Below are positions 63,534 through 64,000 of a stretch of DNA of 64,000 nt, piece after piece. A model generated the notes under the pieces. It saw nothing but the letters and a program-made list of their open reading frames with translations. It made no database searches and was not told the DNA's origin. Both the position numbers and the translations under genes were made by a program. Position 1 is the first letter of the stretch, and each line of letters starts with the position of its first letter. Source of the DNA: a virus. The DNA is taken from the IMG/VR virus record IMGVR_UViG_3300002026_000021; one strand, written 5' to 3'.

Positions 63534-63785
63534 TTATTCATCGGGTATTAAGAATATAGTTTGGTCTAATCCTGAACTTCCAATACTTGCTACAATTTGA
63601 TTAGGTTTATAATAAGGAGAAATGCTTCCTCTTCTTACTTTACCTTCAATAGGTTGACTAGAAATGTAAGGATAGATAAACTGAATAATACCACTAGAAT
63701 TAGTTAATCCGTTAAATATAATAGTTCCTTCTGTTTCCAATCCACCAGCACCAGCAAGAATATATACTCTTGCGCCTTCTACCAA
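63534..63785 (-). CDS. hypothetical protein (83 aa)
   Basis: ORF in track; a further minus-strand ORF continues from ~63790 to the window end. Confidence 0.4.
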   Translation of the reverse strand: MVEGARVYILAGAGGLETEGTIIFNGLTNSSGIIQFIYPYISSQPIEGKVRRGSISPYYKPNQIVASIGSSGLDQTIFLIPDE

Positions 63786-64000
63786 AGCTCCTGTTGAAGC
63801 ATTCTTGCAAGTAACGGTACAAGTAACGTTAGTCGCTAATGAATAGTTAACTGATTGGTCAACAGTGGTGAATATTTCAAGACCATCTATGTAAGAAGTA
63901 AACGATGGACCTACAGCATAGGTATTTGTAGCTACGTTTGCCGCTCTTACTGTTACTCCATTTCTGATATTTTCTACCGCTTGAAACGTTCCTACACGAT

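Overview
This window is an AT-rich (~30% GC) dsDNA phage or phage-like genome segment. Genes are densely tiled in three transcriptional blocks: minus strand 1-43502, plus strand 43819-58321, minus strand 58355-64000. A divergent promoter hub sits at ~43.5-43.8 kb, and consensus sigma70-type promoters (TTGACA-N17-TATACT/TATAAT) recur at least 15 times. Recognisable content includes: nucleotide metabolism (RNR large subunit, NrdH-like redoxin, dCMP deaminase, dNMP kinase, 5'(3')-deoxyribonucleotidase); a DNA methyltransferase; an SNF2/DEAD-like helicase; a family-A DNA polymerase split into two genes about 40 kb apart on opposite strands; an RNA-ligase-like protein; a lytic transglycosylase; two calcineurin-like phosphoesterases; a radical-SAM/SPASM enzyme; a vWA protein; an SPFH protein; a virion-structural block at the right end; and a cluster of at least 13 tRNA genes interrupted by an HNH endonuclease. 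The standout is a compact, adaptation-less type I CRISPR-Cas system carried by the phage. It comprises an HD-helicase Cas3 (742 aa), a Cas7-like protein (349 aa), a Cas5-like protein (333 aa) and a miniature Cas6/Cas5-like RAMP with a G-rich loop (154 aa). These are followed by an AT-rich leader and an 8-repeat array (32-bp repeats, 36-bp spacers, period 68 bp). The repeat resembles type I-B/I-C repeats, with an 8-nt tag AUUGAGAC. No large subunit (Cas8), Cas11, Cas1, Cas2 or Cas4 is present. Other points of interest: four tandem paralogs sharing an identical 16-aa N-terminus (MKTRLGFVSNSSSSSF); GC-rich islands (~40.1-40.9 kb and others); a structured non-coding region at 26.2-26.8 kb; and palindromic operator-like repeats.
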